From: Bacteroidaceae bacterium
GTDB lineage: Bacteria; Bacteroidota; Bacteroidia; Bacteroidales; Bacteroidaceae
Reading direction: 5' to 3'
Length of the DNA: 64,000 bases
Assembly (NCBI GenBank): GCA_045594245.1
Contig: JAZNYG010000015.1
Span: 29,252-93,251, forward strand
Both the position numbers and the translations under genes were made by a program. The notes beneath the pieces were generated by a model that saw nothing but the letters and a program-made list of their open reading frames with translations, had not been told where the DNA came from and made no database searches. Positions within the stretch are counted from its first letter, which is position 1. The number at the start of each line of letters is the position of its first letter. Of this stretch, positions 48,647 to 58,219 are shown in pieces.

Positions 48647-49096
48647 CTAACCGAGCAATTCTTTTACCTTGGCCGAGACAGAGCGTCCTTCGGCACGGCC
48701 AGCCAACTGCTTGGTGGCGATACCCATCACGCGGCCCATATCCTTGGGGCCTGCAGCACCTGTCTCGGCGATGATGCTCTGAAGGGCAGCTGTGAGCTCC
48801 TCCTCGGTCATCTGCTTAGGCAGGTAAACCTCAATGGCGGCTACCTGTGCCAATTCGGCTTCGGCGAGGTCGGCACGGTCCTGCTCGGTGTAGAGGGTGG
48901 CAGAGTCCTTGCCCTGCTTCACCAGTTTCTGGATAATCTTGAGGGCTGCATCATCGGTAAGCTCATCGGCAGCACCGGGAGCGGTCTTTGCCTCAAGGAA
49001 ATATTTCTTCACATTACGTAATGCTTCGAGGCGCACCTTGTCACGGGCTTTCATCGCCTCCTTTATATCGTTGCTGATTTGGTCGAATAGGTTCAT
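48647..49096 (-). CDS. GatB/YqeY domain protein
   Basis: The ATG at 49096 gives MNLFDQISNDIKEAMKARDKVRLEALRNVKK, typical of YqeY. Lies downstream of ftsZ. Confidence 0.85.
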   Translation of the reverse strand: MNLFDQISNDIKEAMKARDKVRLEALRNVKKYFLEAKTAPGAADELTDDAALKIIQKLVKQGKDSATLYTEQDRADLAEAELAQVAAIEVYLPKQMTEEELTAALQSIIAETGAAGPKDMGRVMGIATKQLAGRAEGRSVSAKVKELLG

Positions 49097-49129
49097 ATTA
49101 GGTCGTTTTTGATTGAATTGTTTTTTTAT

Positions 49130-49245
49130 GGAGTTCAGGAAGATTCGTGCAGACAATCGCATGTAAGCTTGCTTACGATGCTCAGCGAGTGCTGCCGAAG
49201 CTCAACAACGTAGTTGTTAGTACAGGAGTACAGACGATTGTCATT
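49130..49245. repeat. Structured spacer element possibly related to the 19255 hairpin
   Basis: It shares ggagttcagga and, 9-10 nt later, cagacaat with the 19255 element. Internal stems are gacaatcg/cgattgtc, gtaagc/gcttac and aacaac/gttgtt. Confidence 0.4.
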
Positions 49246-49257
49246 ACGCTTCCAAGC

Positions 49258-50529
49258 TCAAGCCTCCTTTCTCCGTGCCGCCAAGTCTGCCAAATCTAGC
49301 TTGGTGCGCAAGTAGGTAGGTAGGGAATCGATGGCATCGATGAGGTCGTCATTGAAGAGGTCATCGCCCTCCATCACGAAGGAGTGGATGGTGCGCTTGG
49401 CAGCGAGGTTGTTGTCGCCATAGTATTTGGATATCATCTCCTTGTCCTTCTCCTCCTGCTGCTGGCGCTCAGCTCTCTCCTCGGGAGTCTCCTCGGGCTT
49501 CTCCTCTGGGGCATTGTTCACCTCGATGGTGGTATTCATGCCGGGAATGTTGCTCACACCGAAGCCGGTGGCAAGGATGGTGATTTTCACCTCCTCGTCG
49601 AGCGACTCATCAGTGGCCATACCCCATATAACCTCGATATCCTTGCTGAGGAACTTATCGGTGAAACGGCCTATCTCCTCCATCTCCTCCACCACCAGCG
49701 GGTGCTTGGGGCTGTCGTAGATGTTGAAGAGTATCTTCTTGGAGTTGTAGATGTCGTTGTCATTGAGCAGCGGTGAGTGCAGAGCATTCTCGATGGCTTC
49801 GGCCAGGCGTTTCTCGCCCTTACCGGTACCGTAGCTCATGATGGCCACACCACCATTGCGCAGCACCTTGCTCACATCGCGGAAGTCGAGATTGATGGTT
49901 CCCTCCGTAGTGATGATTTCAGAGATACTCTTCACAGCAATGGTCAGCGTGTCATCGACACGGCGGAAGCCCTCGCTCACCTTCAGGTTGGGGTATATCT
50001 CGAAGAGGCGCTCGTTGTTGATGACAAGCAGTGCATCGACATGCTTGGAGATGGCATCGACACCCTTGAGCGCCTGCACAATCTTGGGGCGCAACTCAAA
50101 CTTGAAGGGAATGGTGACCACGCCCACGGTGAGCACACCCGATTCCTTGGCTACACGCGCCACGACGGGAGCGGCACCGGTACCCGTACCACCACCCATA
50201 CCGGCAGTGATGAATACCATCTCGGTACCATCCTGGAACTGCTTGCGTATGTCCTCGATGTTCTCCTCAGCAGCCTGACGGGCCACATTGGGGTCGTTGC
50301 CGGCACCGAGACCCTTGGTCGTGTTGCGACCAATCTGCAGTTTGACGGGAATCTCCGACTTGGCCAATGCCTGATTGTCGGTATTGCACAAGACGAATGA
50401 CACATCCTGAATGCCTGTGCGGTACATGTTTTTCACGGCATTACCGCCACCACCTCCGACACCTATCACCTTGATGATCTTCGGAGCCTCGGTAGGCAGG
50501 TCAAATGGCATAATATCGTTATCGTTCAT
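49258..50529 (-). CDS. ftsZ: Cell division protein FtsZ
   Basis: Tubulin signature GMGGGTGTGAAPV and IKVIGVGGGGGNAV. Confidence 0.97.
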   Translation of the reverse strand: MNDNDIMPFDLPTEAPKIIKVIGVGGGGGNAVKNMYRTGIQDVSFVLCNTDNQALAKSEIPVKLQIGRNTTKGLGAGNDPNVARQAAEENIEDIRKQFQDGTEMVFITAGMGGGTGTGAAPVVARVAKESGVLTVGVVTIPFKFELRPKIVQALKGVDAISKHVDALLVINNERLFEIYPNLKVSEGFRRVDDTLTIAVKSISEIITTEGTINLDFRDVSKVLRNGGVAIMSYGTGKGEKRLAEAIENALHSPLLNDNDIYNSKKILFNIYDSPKHPLVVEEMEEIGRFTDKFLSKDIEVIWGMATDESLDEEVKITILATGFGVSNIPGMNTTIEVNNAPEEKPEETPEERAERQQQEEKDKEMISKYYGDNNLAAKRTIHSFVMEGDDLFNDDLIDAIDSLPTYLRTKLDLADLAARRKEA

Positions 50530-50540
50530 AGTGCTATCGT

Positions 50541-51962
50541 TTATTTATTATTATCGTCTTTATCTTCATCGGAGAGAAAATCACCGATACCCTCCTCGAA
50601 CTTTTCTCCCAATGATTTCAGTTTCGTCACCATTCCTGAAAGGAATCCATTCTGACGCGCCTTCTTTTCTGCCTTCTTCTTCTCAGCCTCCTCACGCTTG
50701 CGCTGACGTTCTTCCTCGCGCTTTTTGTCGCGTGCGTCTTGAGCACTCTCGCCGTTATCGTCGAAAAGTTTGCCAGTTACAGCGACCTTATAATCTTCGG
50801 GCTGAATCTCCATCTGCACCTCTTGGGAACAGCACTCCTCGCCTGCCATCAGCAGACCTACGAGTACACCCTGCGTACCATTCTCGGGATGTGTAGCGGT
50901 ATCCCAGTCGACCTGCACTGCTGTGTCATGTGCCAGACGGATCTTGGTAGACTGGAACTTCTGCGTCAGTACACCCTCGATGCCCTTGAGGTTGATACCA
51001 CCGCCACAGAAGACAACGCCGGCAAGGAGGTTCTTGAGCTCATAGCCCGATGCCTCTATCTGATGGCACACGTTGAGCATAATCTCCTCGAAGCGGGCCT
51101 CGATGACATCGTGTACTTTGCGCACCTCAATGGAGCGGCTGGCATCGACCTGCACGGTCTCATCGGCCGATGCGGGGAACACCAAACCATAGTTGCGCTT
51201 GATGCGCTCGGCCTCCTGCTCATCGAGCTGCAAGGAGCACAGGTCGCGGGTAATGTTCTGTCCGCCCATAGGGATGACGGTAAGGAAGCGCAGGTAGCCC
51301 CCCTTATACACCGACACGGTAGTGGTGTCGGCACCGAAGTCCACCAGCACACATCCTTGGCGACGCTCATTGTCGGTAAGCAGCACATCGGCAGCCACCA
51401 ATGGAGCGATAGAGTCATTGGCGATATTCACCTTGGCCAGCTCGAAGCTCTTGCCCGTATTGTCCATCACCGATGTGCGGGCCAAGATATTGAGGTAGTT
51501 GCCCTCGATACGTGTGCAGTTTACACCTACAGGGTCGTTCAATGAGTTATTACCAATCTTGTATTCCTGTGACACCATTACCAGGATGTTATGTCCAGGA
51601 TATTCCTTGGCCGCATTTTCTTCTTCCATGCTGGTAACAATGGCATCTGACACGCGAGTTTCCTCTTCGAAGGTACGCGCTACGGTATTTAATTCAGAAT
51701 GTAAGGTATATCCACCCACACCCACGTATGCCTGTTCGATGGTAGCATTGTTCAATTCTGGTTCCAACCGATTGATAAGATCGGTCAGACATTGGGCTGT
51801 CTTATCAATATTGTATACCACGCCACGGCGTACGAATCCCGAAGCGGGTTCGCTGGCGTATGCCACCACTTGCAAGCTACCATCGGAACGCTTACGCCCT
51901 ACCGCACCAGCTATCTTTGATGAGCCGAGCTCGATTGCTACGATTAGGTCATTTGTTGCCAT
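50541..51962 (-). CDS. ftsA: Cell division protein FtsA
   Basis: Actin-like ATPase pattern (VAIELGSSKI, DFGADTTT, GGG..L.G). Charged C-terminal tail. Lies 11 nt upstream of ftsZ. Confidence 0.95.
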   Translation of the reverse strand: MATNDLIVAIELGSSKIAGAVGRKRSDGSLQVVAYASEPASGFVRRGVVYNIDKTAQCLTDLINRLEPELNNATIEQAYVGVGGYTLHSELNTVARTFEEETRVSDAIVTSMEEENAAKEYPGHNILVMVSQEYKIGNNSLNDPVGVNCTRIEGNYLNILARTSVMDNTGKSFELAKVNIANDSIAPLVAADVLLTDNERRQGCVLVDFGADTTTVSVYKGGYLRFLTVIPMGGQNITRDLCSLQLDEQEAERIKRNYGLVFPASADETVQVDASRSIEVRKVHDVIEARFEEIMLNVCHQIEASGYELKNLLAGVVFCGGGINLKGIEGVLTQKFQSTKIRLAHDTAVQVDWDTATHPENGTQGVLVGLLMAGEECCSQEVQMEIQPEDYKVAVTGKLFDDNGESAQDARDKKREEERQRKREEAEKKKAEKKARQNGFLSGMVTKLKSLGEKFEEGIGDFLSDEDKDDNNK

Positions 51963-52008
51963 ATAGATATGTGTTCTTTACCATTGTGAATACTTCGCAA
52001 TTAAGATG

Positions 52009-52016
52009 CAAATATA
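52009..52016 (-). promoter_or_regulatory. -7 box TATATTTG (ftsA-ftsZ)
   Basis: Reverse complement of caaatata, 47 nt upstream of the ftsA ATG. Confidence 0.45.
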
Positions 52017-52110
52017 GTGAAAGGTGCGTGAATATGCAAGTTTGTGAAGATTGAGAATTGTGATTGATTGTATAAAATGAGAATAATTATATAGCTTCAT
52101 CAACTTGTCT

Positions 52111-52146
52111 ATTCAAAAAAAGCGGTATATACCGCTTTTTTTGAAT
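52111..52146. terminator. Bidirectional terminator, 36-bp perfect palindrome
   Basis: attcaaaaaaagcggtatataccgctttttttgaat equals its own reverse complement. It has a GC stem with an A-run and a T-run, and lies 34 nt downstream of the GH105 stop. Confidence 0.7.
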
Positions 52147-52179
52147 ATGTAAAATACGATTAATATTCTATTTCCTATA

Positions 52180-53322
52180 CTATGGATAGAGGATTTGTGC
52201 TTGTAATTTGTACAGTTCGGCACCAGCGAGGAGTACACATCCGAGACCATAATCCTCAAAGTCGGGCACGCTGTCATAGGTTACGGGCTGGCCAGCCGAG
52301 GGATCCTTACCTGTTCCCTGCATGTAACCGAGGAAACCGTTAGGATGAACAGCTTTCTCCACGATAGCGTTCCATGCGCGTATCATGGGTTCAGCATAGG
52401 TCTTGGCATCGAGGATGCCATTGCGTATGCCCCATGCCATACCGTATACGAAGAGGGCTGTGCCTGAGGTTTCAGGTCCACCGTAGTTGGTGGGATCGTG
52501 TAGGCTCACATTCCAGAAGCCATCTTCACGTTGACACTTAATGAGGGCCTTACTCATTGCCTTGAAGTCGCGTAAGTAGTCCTTATAGTGTTTCTCGTTC
52601 TTGGGAATCTCGTTCATTACGCGTAATAGAGCAGCATATACCCAACCATTGCCGCGGCTCCAGTAGCAGTCTTCGCCGTTAGGCTCTGTATAGGGAGGGT
52701 CGTAGTCGGCATCACGCCACCAAAGGGCATCCTTAGGATTGTACATTCCGTTCTCGCCTAACTGATTGCGTGTATACTCGTAGAGGTCCCACATTTTGTC
52801 GTAATAGCGTTGTTCGTCGTATAGGTTGCCAAACTTTGCAAATACTGGCATAGCCATCTGTATGGCATCGATCCACCACCAGTCGTCGACCTGAGGAGTG
52901 TTGACCATAGCGTCGATAGACACTTTTACATTCTTTAGCATTGCGGGGTCAGGGCAGATACGGTAAAGGTCTATATAGGTTTGACCACAGCAGTGGTTGT
53001 CGGCATGGCGTGTCGTGTTGCCGTTGCGCATGCCCCATTTGTGGGCACTTCCCCAATCGTAGGCGTATTTATAGAAATCTTCGCGCGGATATATTTCATG
53101 CAGTGCCATGAGACCTTCGTAATAAACGGCACGTGTCCACAGATTGCTTGGGCGTATGCGCTTCACGTTGGTGGGCACTGCGGGGTCGGGCCACTTCTTC
53201 ATGAAATAGTCGTTTACCAACAGCATGGTGTTGAGAATTTCTTTCTGTGTAGGCATTTCTTGTGCCTTGGGCGAGCCTACGTATATCAGCAGGGCAAGCA
53301 AAGTCCATAAGGTGCGTTTCAT
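52180..53322 (-). CDS. GH105/GH88-type unsaturated rhamnogalacturonyl/glucuronyl hydrolase
   Basis: Signal peptide. (alpha/alpha)6 pattern with WWWIDA and YWSRGNGWVYAAL motifs. Confidence 0.8.
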   Translation of the reverse strand: MKRTLWTLLALLIYVGSPKAQEMPTQKEILNTMLLVNDYFMKKWPDPAVPTNVKRIRPSNLWTRAVYYEGLMALHEIYPREDFYKYAYDWGSAHKWGMRNGNTTRHADNHCCGQTYIDLYRICPDPAMLKNVKVSIDAMVNTPQVDDWWWIDAIQMAMPVFAKFGNLYDEQRYYDKMWDLYEYTRNQLGENGMYNPKDALWWRDADYDPPYTEPNGEDCYWSRGNGWVYAALLRVMNEIPKNEKHYKDYLRDFKAMSKALIKCQREDGFWNVSLHDPTNYGGPETSGTALFVYGMAWGIRNGILDAKTYAEPMIRAWNAIVEKAVHPNGFLGYMQGTGKDPSAGQPVTYDSVPDFEDYGLGCVLLAGAELYKLQAQILYP

Positions 53323-53531
53323 AGATGTTATGACATGTTTTTGTTATTGCGACCGTAAAGATAAACATAAATTCTGTAAAGAATGGAAGGAATACGAAAA
53401 AAGATGGTTTAAGAATCTGTTTTTTTATTTTTTTTCGTGATTGTTGAATACACCTTTTAAGATTTTAAAATGATTATCTAATTTTCCCGATAAAGTTACA
53501 ATATTATATCCAATTTGTTAAATTCTTTCCT

Positions 53532-53539
53532 TACCTTTG
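53532..53539 (+). promoter_or_regulatory. -7 box TACCTTTG (nadB)
   Basis: Exact motif, 26 nt upstream of the ATG at 53565. Confidence 0.5.
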
Positions 53540-53564
53540 CGGTGTGAACCCTAATAAAACAACC

Positions 53565-55130
53565 ATGGTACACAAATATGACTTTCTCGTTATCGGCTCA
53601 GGTTTGGCTGGAATGAGTTTCGCGCTAAAGGTAGCGCACAAAGGTAAGGTGGCACTCATCTGCAAGGCTGGATTGGAAGAGGCCAACACCTATTATGCAC
53701 AAGGAGGCATTGCTTCGGTCACTGACCTCACGGTGGACAACTTTGACAAGCACATCGAAGATACGATGATAGCAGGCGATCACATCAGCGACCCTGCAGC
53801 AGTGGAGAAGGTAGTGAAGGGCGCTCCTGCTCAGATAGAAGAGCTGATACGCTGGGGAGTAAACTTCGACAAGAAGGACAATGGCGAATTTGACCTTCAC
53901 AAAGAGGGAGGCCACTCGGAGTTCCGCATCCTCCACCATAAGGACAATACGGGTGCCGAGATACAGACCTCACTTATCGAAGCTGTGAAGGCGCATCCCA
54001 ATATCACGGTACTTACCAATCACTTTGCCGTAGAGATTATCACCCAACACCATATGGGTATCATCGTCACTCGCCACACCTCTGGCATTCGTTGCTACGG
54101 TGCCTATGTGCTCAACGAAGAGACGGGTGTGGTAGACACATATCTCTCCAAGGTAACCGTGATGGCTACTGGAGGTTGTGAGGCGGTATATCGCCAAACG
54201 ACTAATCCGCTAGTAGCTACAGGTGATGGCATCGCTATGGTGTACCGTGCCAAGGGAGTTGTGAAAGATATGGAGTTCATACAATTCCATCCCACGGCGC
54301 TATTCCATCCAGGCGATCGCCCCTCATATCTCATCACCGAGGCTATGCGCGGCTACGGTGGCGTGCTCCGCACCAAAGATGGCAAGGAGTTTATGCAGAA
54401 GTACGACCCACGTCTTTCGCTTGCCCCACGCGATATCGTGGCACGTGCCATAGACAATGAAATGAAAGTGCGCGGTGACGAACACGTATACCTTGATGTC
54501 ACCCATAAAGATCCCGAAGAAACCAAGGTACACTTCCCCAACATTTACAAAAAGTGCCTTTCCATCGGCATTGACATCACTAAGGACTTTATTCCTGTGG
54601 CCCCTGCTGCTCACTATTTGTGTGGTGGTATCAGGGTCGACTTGGATGGTCAAAGCAGCATTCGCCGCCTCTACGCTATCGGTGAGTGTTCTTGTACAGG
54701 CCTGCATGGCGGTAATCGTCTTGCATCAAACTCGCTCATCGAGGCCATCGTATATGCCGACGCGGCAGCTAAACATGCTTTGAGCGTGCTTGAGCGTTAC
54801 GACTATAACGAGGATATTCCCGAATGGAACGACGAGGGTACCATCAGCAATGAAGAGCGCGTGCTGATTACCCAAAGCATGAAGGAGGTGAACCAAATCA
54901 TGGAAGCCTATGTGGGTATCGTACGCAGCAACGCTCGTCTCACCAGAGCATGGAACCGTCTCGACATTCTCTATGAAGAGACTGAGGCCCTCTTCAAGCG
55001 CAGTAAAGCTACACGCGAATTGTGTGAACTTCGCAATATGATCAACGTGGGTTACCTCATCACACGGCAAGCTATGGAGCGCAAAGAAAGCCGTGGATTG
55101 CACTACACAATTGATTATCCGAGGCGATAA
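53565..55130 (+). CDS. nadB: L-aspartate oxidase
   Basis: FAD motif DFLVIGSGLAG, RLASNSL and the succinate dehydrogenase/fumarate reductase flavoprotein pattern. The ATG at 53565 lies 26 nt after a TACCTTTG box; the track start at 53544 is a GTG. Confidence 0.93.
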   Translation: MVHKYDFLVIGSGLAGMSFALKVAHKGKVALICKAGLEEANTYYAQGGIASVTDLTVDNFDKHIEDTMIAGDHISDPAAVEKVVKGAPAQIEELIRWGVNFDKKDNGEFDLHKEGGHSEFRILHHKDNTGAEIQTSLIEAVKAHPNITVLTNHFAVEIITQHHMGIIVTRHTSGIRCYGAYVLNEETGVVDTYLSKVTVMATGGCEAVYRQTTNPLVATGDGIAMVYRAKGVVKDMEFIQFHPTALFHPGDRPSYLITEAMRGYGGVLRTKDGKEFMQKYDPRLSLAPRDIVARAIDNEMKVRGDEHVYLDVTHKDPEETKVHFPNIYKKCLSIGIDITKDFIPVAPAAHYLCGGIRVDLDGQSSIRRLYAIGECSCTGLHGGNRLASNSLIEAIVYADAAAKHALSVLERYDYNEDIPEWNDEGTISNEERVLITQSMKEVNQIMEAYVGIVRSNARLTRAWNRLDILYEETEALFKRSKATRELCELRNMINVGYLITRQAMERKESRGLHYTIDYPRR

Positions 55131-55278
55131 TATGTGAAAGTGTTAACTGCTTGAACTTATGTGGAGCTCTAGGTCTGTAGTTTAGTTAATTCTCGTTAGT
55201 ACACACATAAAGGAAAACCTTTCCCCACTTCGGGGTGTTCTCATCGGGTAGAATATCAACCTAAAAAGAGACACCCGT

Positions 55279-55854
55279 ATGAAAAGTGTAAAAGGTACAT
55301 TGACCGAAAAGAACCTGCTGACCTCGTTTGCCGGTGAGTCGCAGGCGCGTATGCGCTATACCTATTTTGCTGAGGAGGCCCGACGCGAAGGCTTTGAGCA
55401 GATAGCAGCCATTTTTCTTGAGACGGCCGAGCAGGAGAAGATGCACGCCGAGCGTATGTTCCGCTTCCTCGAGGGAGGCATGGTAGAGATACGTGCCGAC
55501 TACCCGGCTGGAACGATACAAACCACGATGGACAACCTGCGGGCAGCAGCTGCAGGCGAGCACGAAGAGTGGTATGAGATGTATCCCATGTTTGCCGACG
55601 TGGCCGAGGAGGAGGGCTTCAAGGAGATTGCCATCATGTATCGTGCCATCTGTGTGGCCGAGCAGCAGCACGAGGAGCGCTACTTGAGGTTGCTGGGGAA
55701 TATGGAGCGCGAACACGTGTTCCACCGCCCCGAGCCCGTAACGTGGCAGTGCCGTAAATGTGGATACACATTCACCGGTAAGAAGGCGCCCGACCGTTGC
55801 CCTGCTTGTCTGAATCCGAAAGGATATTTTGAACTGAAAGCCGACAACTATTGA
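55279..55854 (+). CDS. rbr: Rubrerythrin
   Basis: Ferritin-like diiron motifs (E..A...Y; EKMHAE; GEHEE) plus a C-terminal rubredoxin-like CRKCGY...CPAC. Confidence 0.93.
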   Translation: MKSVKGTLTEKNLLTSFAGESQARMRYTYFAEEARREGFEQIAAIFLETAEQEKMHAERMFRFLEGGMVEIRADYPAGTIQTTMDNLRAAAAGEHEEWYEMYPMFADVAEEEGFKEIAIMYRAICVAEQQHEERYLRLLGNMEREHVFHRPEPVTWQCRKCGYTFTGKKAPDRCPACLNPKGYFELKADNY

Positions 55855-55877
55855 GACGCTGTAGCGACTTTTCAGAC

Positions 55878-55915
55878 CAGGTGGTGGAACTTTTCCGCCA
55901 CCTGATTTTGTGTTT
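55878..55915 (+). terminator. Rho-independent terminator after rubrerythrin
   Basis: 10-bp stem caggtggtgg/ccgccacctg (one G-U pair) followed by attttgtgttt. Confidence 0.65.
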
Positions 55916-56095
55916 ATATCTATGTTTTGCTATCTAAAAAGCTACAAAAAAGCGCCATTTCTGATATCTTTTTGCTCAATAACTATTTTTCAGTGCACTT
56001 TTTTTCGAAATCCGAAAGAAATATTTGGAGCGAAAGAGAAAGTTTCTTTTCTTTGTACCGCTTTAAGTTATTTATTCATTAAAAACATTACTATT

Positions 56096-56332
56096 ATGGC
56101 AGAAATTGAAGCAAGAGTAAAGGCTATTATCGTAGATAAGCTTGGTGTAGACGAGTCAGAAGTAACTCCCAATGCAAGCTTCACCAATGATCTCGGTGCA
56201 GATTCTTTGGATACAGTAGAGTTGATCATGGAGTTGGAGAAGGAATTCGGTATGTCAATTCCCGATGATCAGGCTGAGAAGATCTCTACCGTACAGGACG
56301 CTATCGACTACATCGCTAACAACGCGAAGTAA
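56096..56332 (+). CDS. acpP: Acyl carrier protein
   Basis: 78 aa starting at the ATG at 56096. Phosphopantetheine site [12 protein letters not shown]. Confidence 0.93.
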   Translation: MAEIEARVKAIIVDKLGVDESEVTPNASFTNDLGADSLDTVELIMELEKEFGMSIPDDQAEKISTVQDAIDYIANNAK

Positions 56333-56354
56333 TCAGAGTACAGCGATAGTACTA

Positions 56355-56402
56355 TAAAAAGTCGTATTAATTGGTCAAAACCCGATTATACGACTTTTTT
56401 TA
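56355..56402 (+). terminator. Hairpin with T-run between acpP and rnc
   Basis: Stem gtcgtat/atacgac extended by A/T pairs, a large loop, then T8. Confidence 0.5.
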
Positions 56403-56423
56403 TTATCAAATCCCCATCTCTCT

Positions 56424-57215
56424 ATGCAGCGCCTGGCCGATTACATACACTACCTCTTCAGCAGCGACAAGGAGTTTCGTCGCAAGCTGCGCCGTATCCT
56501 GGGATTCTATCCTCGCGAGATCTCCGTCTACCGCGAAGCGCTCATGCACCGTTCGCTCAACCACTACCGCCAGGGCGAGCAGAAGAAAGACAATGAGCGA
56601 CTCGAATATCTGGGCGATGCCATCATCGAGGCCGTGGTGAGCGACATTCTCTACCACCAGTTTCCCGGTAAGAAGGAGGGTTTCCTCACTTCTGTGCGCA
56701 GCAAGATAGTGCAGCGCAGCAGCCTCAACCGCATTGCCAAGGAGACGGGGTTGGTCGACCTCATACAATCGACCCATATCAACCGCACCCACAACAGCTT
56801 CATCCCCGGCAACGCCTTCGAGGCATTGGTGGGCGCCATCTACCTCGACCGTGGCTATGCCTGGTGCTACCGATTCTTCAAACATCGCCTCATAGGCAAA
56901 CACATCGACCTCAAGCAGGTGGCCAAGGAGGACGACAACTTCAAGAGCAAGCTTATCGAGTGGAGCCAGAAGACACAGTTTGCCGTTGTGTTTGAACTTG
57001 TAGACGAGAATACCGTAGGGACCAACAGCCCCACCTTCCGCAGCCGCGTATGCATCGAGGGCATGGAGTTTGGCACCGGCTTCGGCTACTCCAAAAAGGA
57101 GAGCCAGCAGCTTGCCGCCAAGGAGGCCATGCGCCATATCCGCAAGAAAGACGAGCTGTACAAGAGTGCTGCAGAACGCTTCGATGCGCGTACGACAGCA
57201 CACAGTGAATCGTGA
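56424..57215 (+). CDS. rnc: Ribonuclease III
   Basis: RNase III signature ERLEYLGDA and a C-terminal dsRBD (GYSKKESQQLAAKEA). Confidence 0.93.
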   Translation: MQRLADYIHYLFSSDKEFRRKLRRILGFYPREISVYREALMHRSLNHYRQGEQKKDNERLEYLGDAIIEAVVSDILYHQFPGKKEGFLTSVRSKIVQRSSLNRIAKETGLVDLIQSTHINRTHNSFIPGNAFEALVGAIYLDRGYAWCYRFFKHRLIGKHIDLKQVAKEDDNFKSKLIEWSQKTQFAVVFELVDENTVGTNSPTFRSRVCIEGMEFGTGFGYSKKESQQLAAKEAMRHIRKKDELYKSAAERFDARTTAHSES

Positions 57216-57252
57216 CTGCTACTAAGAATGCAGCTCCACTACACTTCAGCAT

Positions 57253-57630
57253 TCATAATTTAGAATTCAGCATTCCCATAATCTCCCGCTCATAATACTC
57301 GTCCATCACATCGCGGCTCTGCACCACGATGAGCACGATGGCGCCTATGCACAGGGCAAAGGTCGTGAAGGTCTCCACGGAGGGGAGCGTATGATCGAGC
57401 AGCGATGACGCCACGGCAAGCAGCGAGGCCGCTATCGGCTGCCAGTAGCAGACGAGCAGGGCTATGCCGCCTCCCCATAGCAGGGCAAAGATGATGACAA
57501 GGTATATGCGGCGCAGGTTGCGCTCGGGCAGCTGGCGCATGATGCGTGCGTGCAGCGAGGCTTCGTGCTCGCGGCTTGTGGTGTCTGCTTTCTGTAGCAG
57601 CGCTCTTATCTGTCGGTCTTCCTTGTTCAT
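57253..57630 (-). CDS. Small membrane protein, putative anti-sigma factor
   Basis: 125 aa with a charged N-terminus and then 2-3 TM segments. Lies 43 nt downstream of the ECF sigma gene. Confidence 0.45.
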   Translation of the reverse strand: MNKEDRQIRALLQKADTTSREHEASLHARIMRQLPERNLRRIYLVIIFALLWGGGIALLVCYWQPIAASLLAVASSLLDHTLPSVETFTTFALCIGAIVLIVVQSRDVMDEYYEREIMGMLNSKL

Positions 57631-57673
57631 ATTCTCTTCCTTTTTTTATTCTCCTCTGAGGGGAGGTTGTACA

Positions 57674-58219
57674 TTATTTTTCTTCAGTCAGCAAGGTTCG
57701 TAAATGGTTTCGTCCGCGGCTCAGCGATGTCTTGATGGCGCCGGTACTCATCTCCGTCACGGCCGCTATCTCCTTGATGCTCATCTCCTCCAAGTAGAAG
57801 AGCGTGATGCAGGTCTTCTCGCCCTCGCCCAGCATTCCGATGGCGCGGTGCAGAGCCGCTATCTCCTCGGCATCATAGTCGGGCTCCACGGCCAGGTGCT
57901 GCAGAGCGAGTGCCACGTGCTCATCGTCGAGACTCAGGTGATGCTTCACTCCCTTGAGATGGTTCTGATAGGTGGTGAAGGCAATGCGGTACACCCACGT
58001 GCCGAACGCCGAGAGCCGCTTGTAGCTGTCCAGTCCGCGCCACACACGGATGAAGGTCTCCTGCGTGAGGTCATCGCTCAGCGCCTCATCGCCACCCGTC
58101 TGTATGAGGAAGTAGCGGCGCACCGGGCGCAGATACCGCTTCATCAGTCGGCCGAATGCACGCCCATCGTTCAGGAGCAGCACACGGGAGATAAGGAGTA
58201 TTTCTTCGGGACTCGACAC
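57674..58219 (-). CDS. ECF-type RNA polymerase sigma-70 factor
   Basis: Region 2 (DDLTQETFIRVWRGL) and region 4 HTH (MSIKEIAAVTEMSTGAIKTSLSRGR). Confidence 0.85.
   Translation of the reverse strand: MSSPEEILLISRVLLLNDGRAFGRLMKRYLRPVRRYFLIQTGGDEALSDDLTQETFIRVWRGLDSYKRLSAFGTWVYRIAFTTYQNHLKGVKHHLSLDDEHVALALQHLAVEPDYDAEEIAALHRAIGMLGEGEKTCITLFYLEEMSIKEIAAVTEMSTGAIKTSLSRGRNHLRTLLTEEK

Noticed and set aside
49777-51545. Plus-strand ORFs of 207 aa and 268 aa opposite ftsZ and ftsA.
   Set aside because: They are shadow ORFs of two highly conserved genes.
55910-56095. 62-aa N-terminal extension of acpP in the ORF track.
   Set aside because: It starts at a non-ATG codon in AT-rich, low-complexity sequence. 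The ACP domain starts at the ATG at 56096, giving a normal 78-aa protein.
56406-57203. 265-aa ORF antisense to rnc.
   Set aside because: The plus-strand frame carries the RNase III signature ERLEYLGDA and a dsRBD. The antisense product has no recognisable features.
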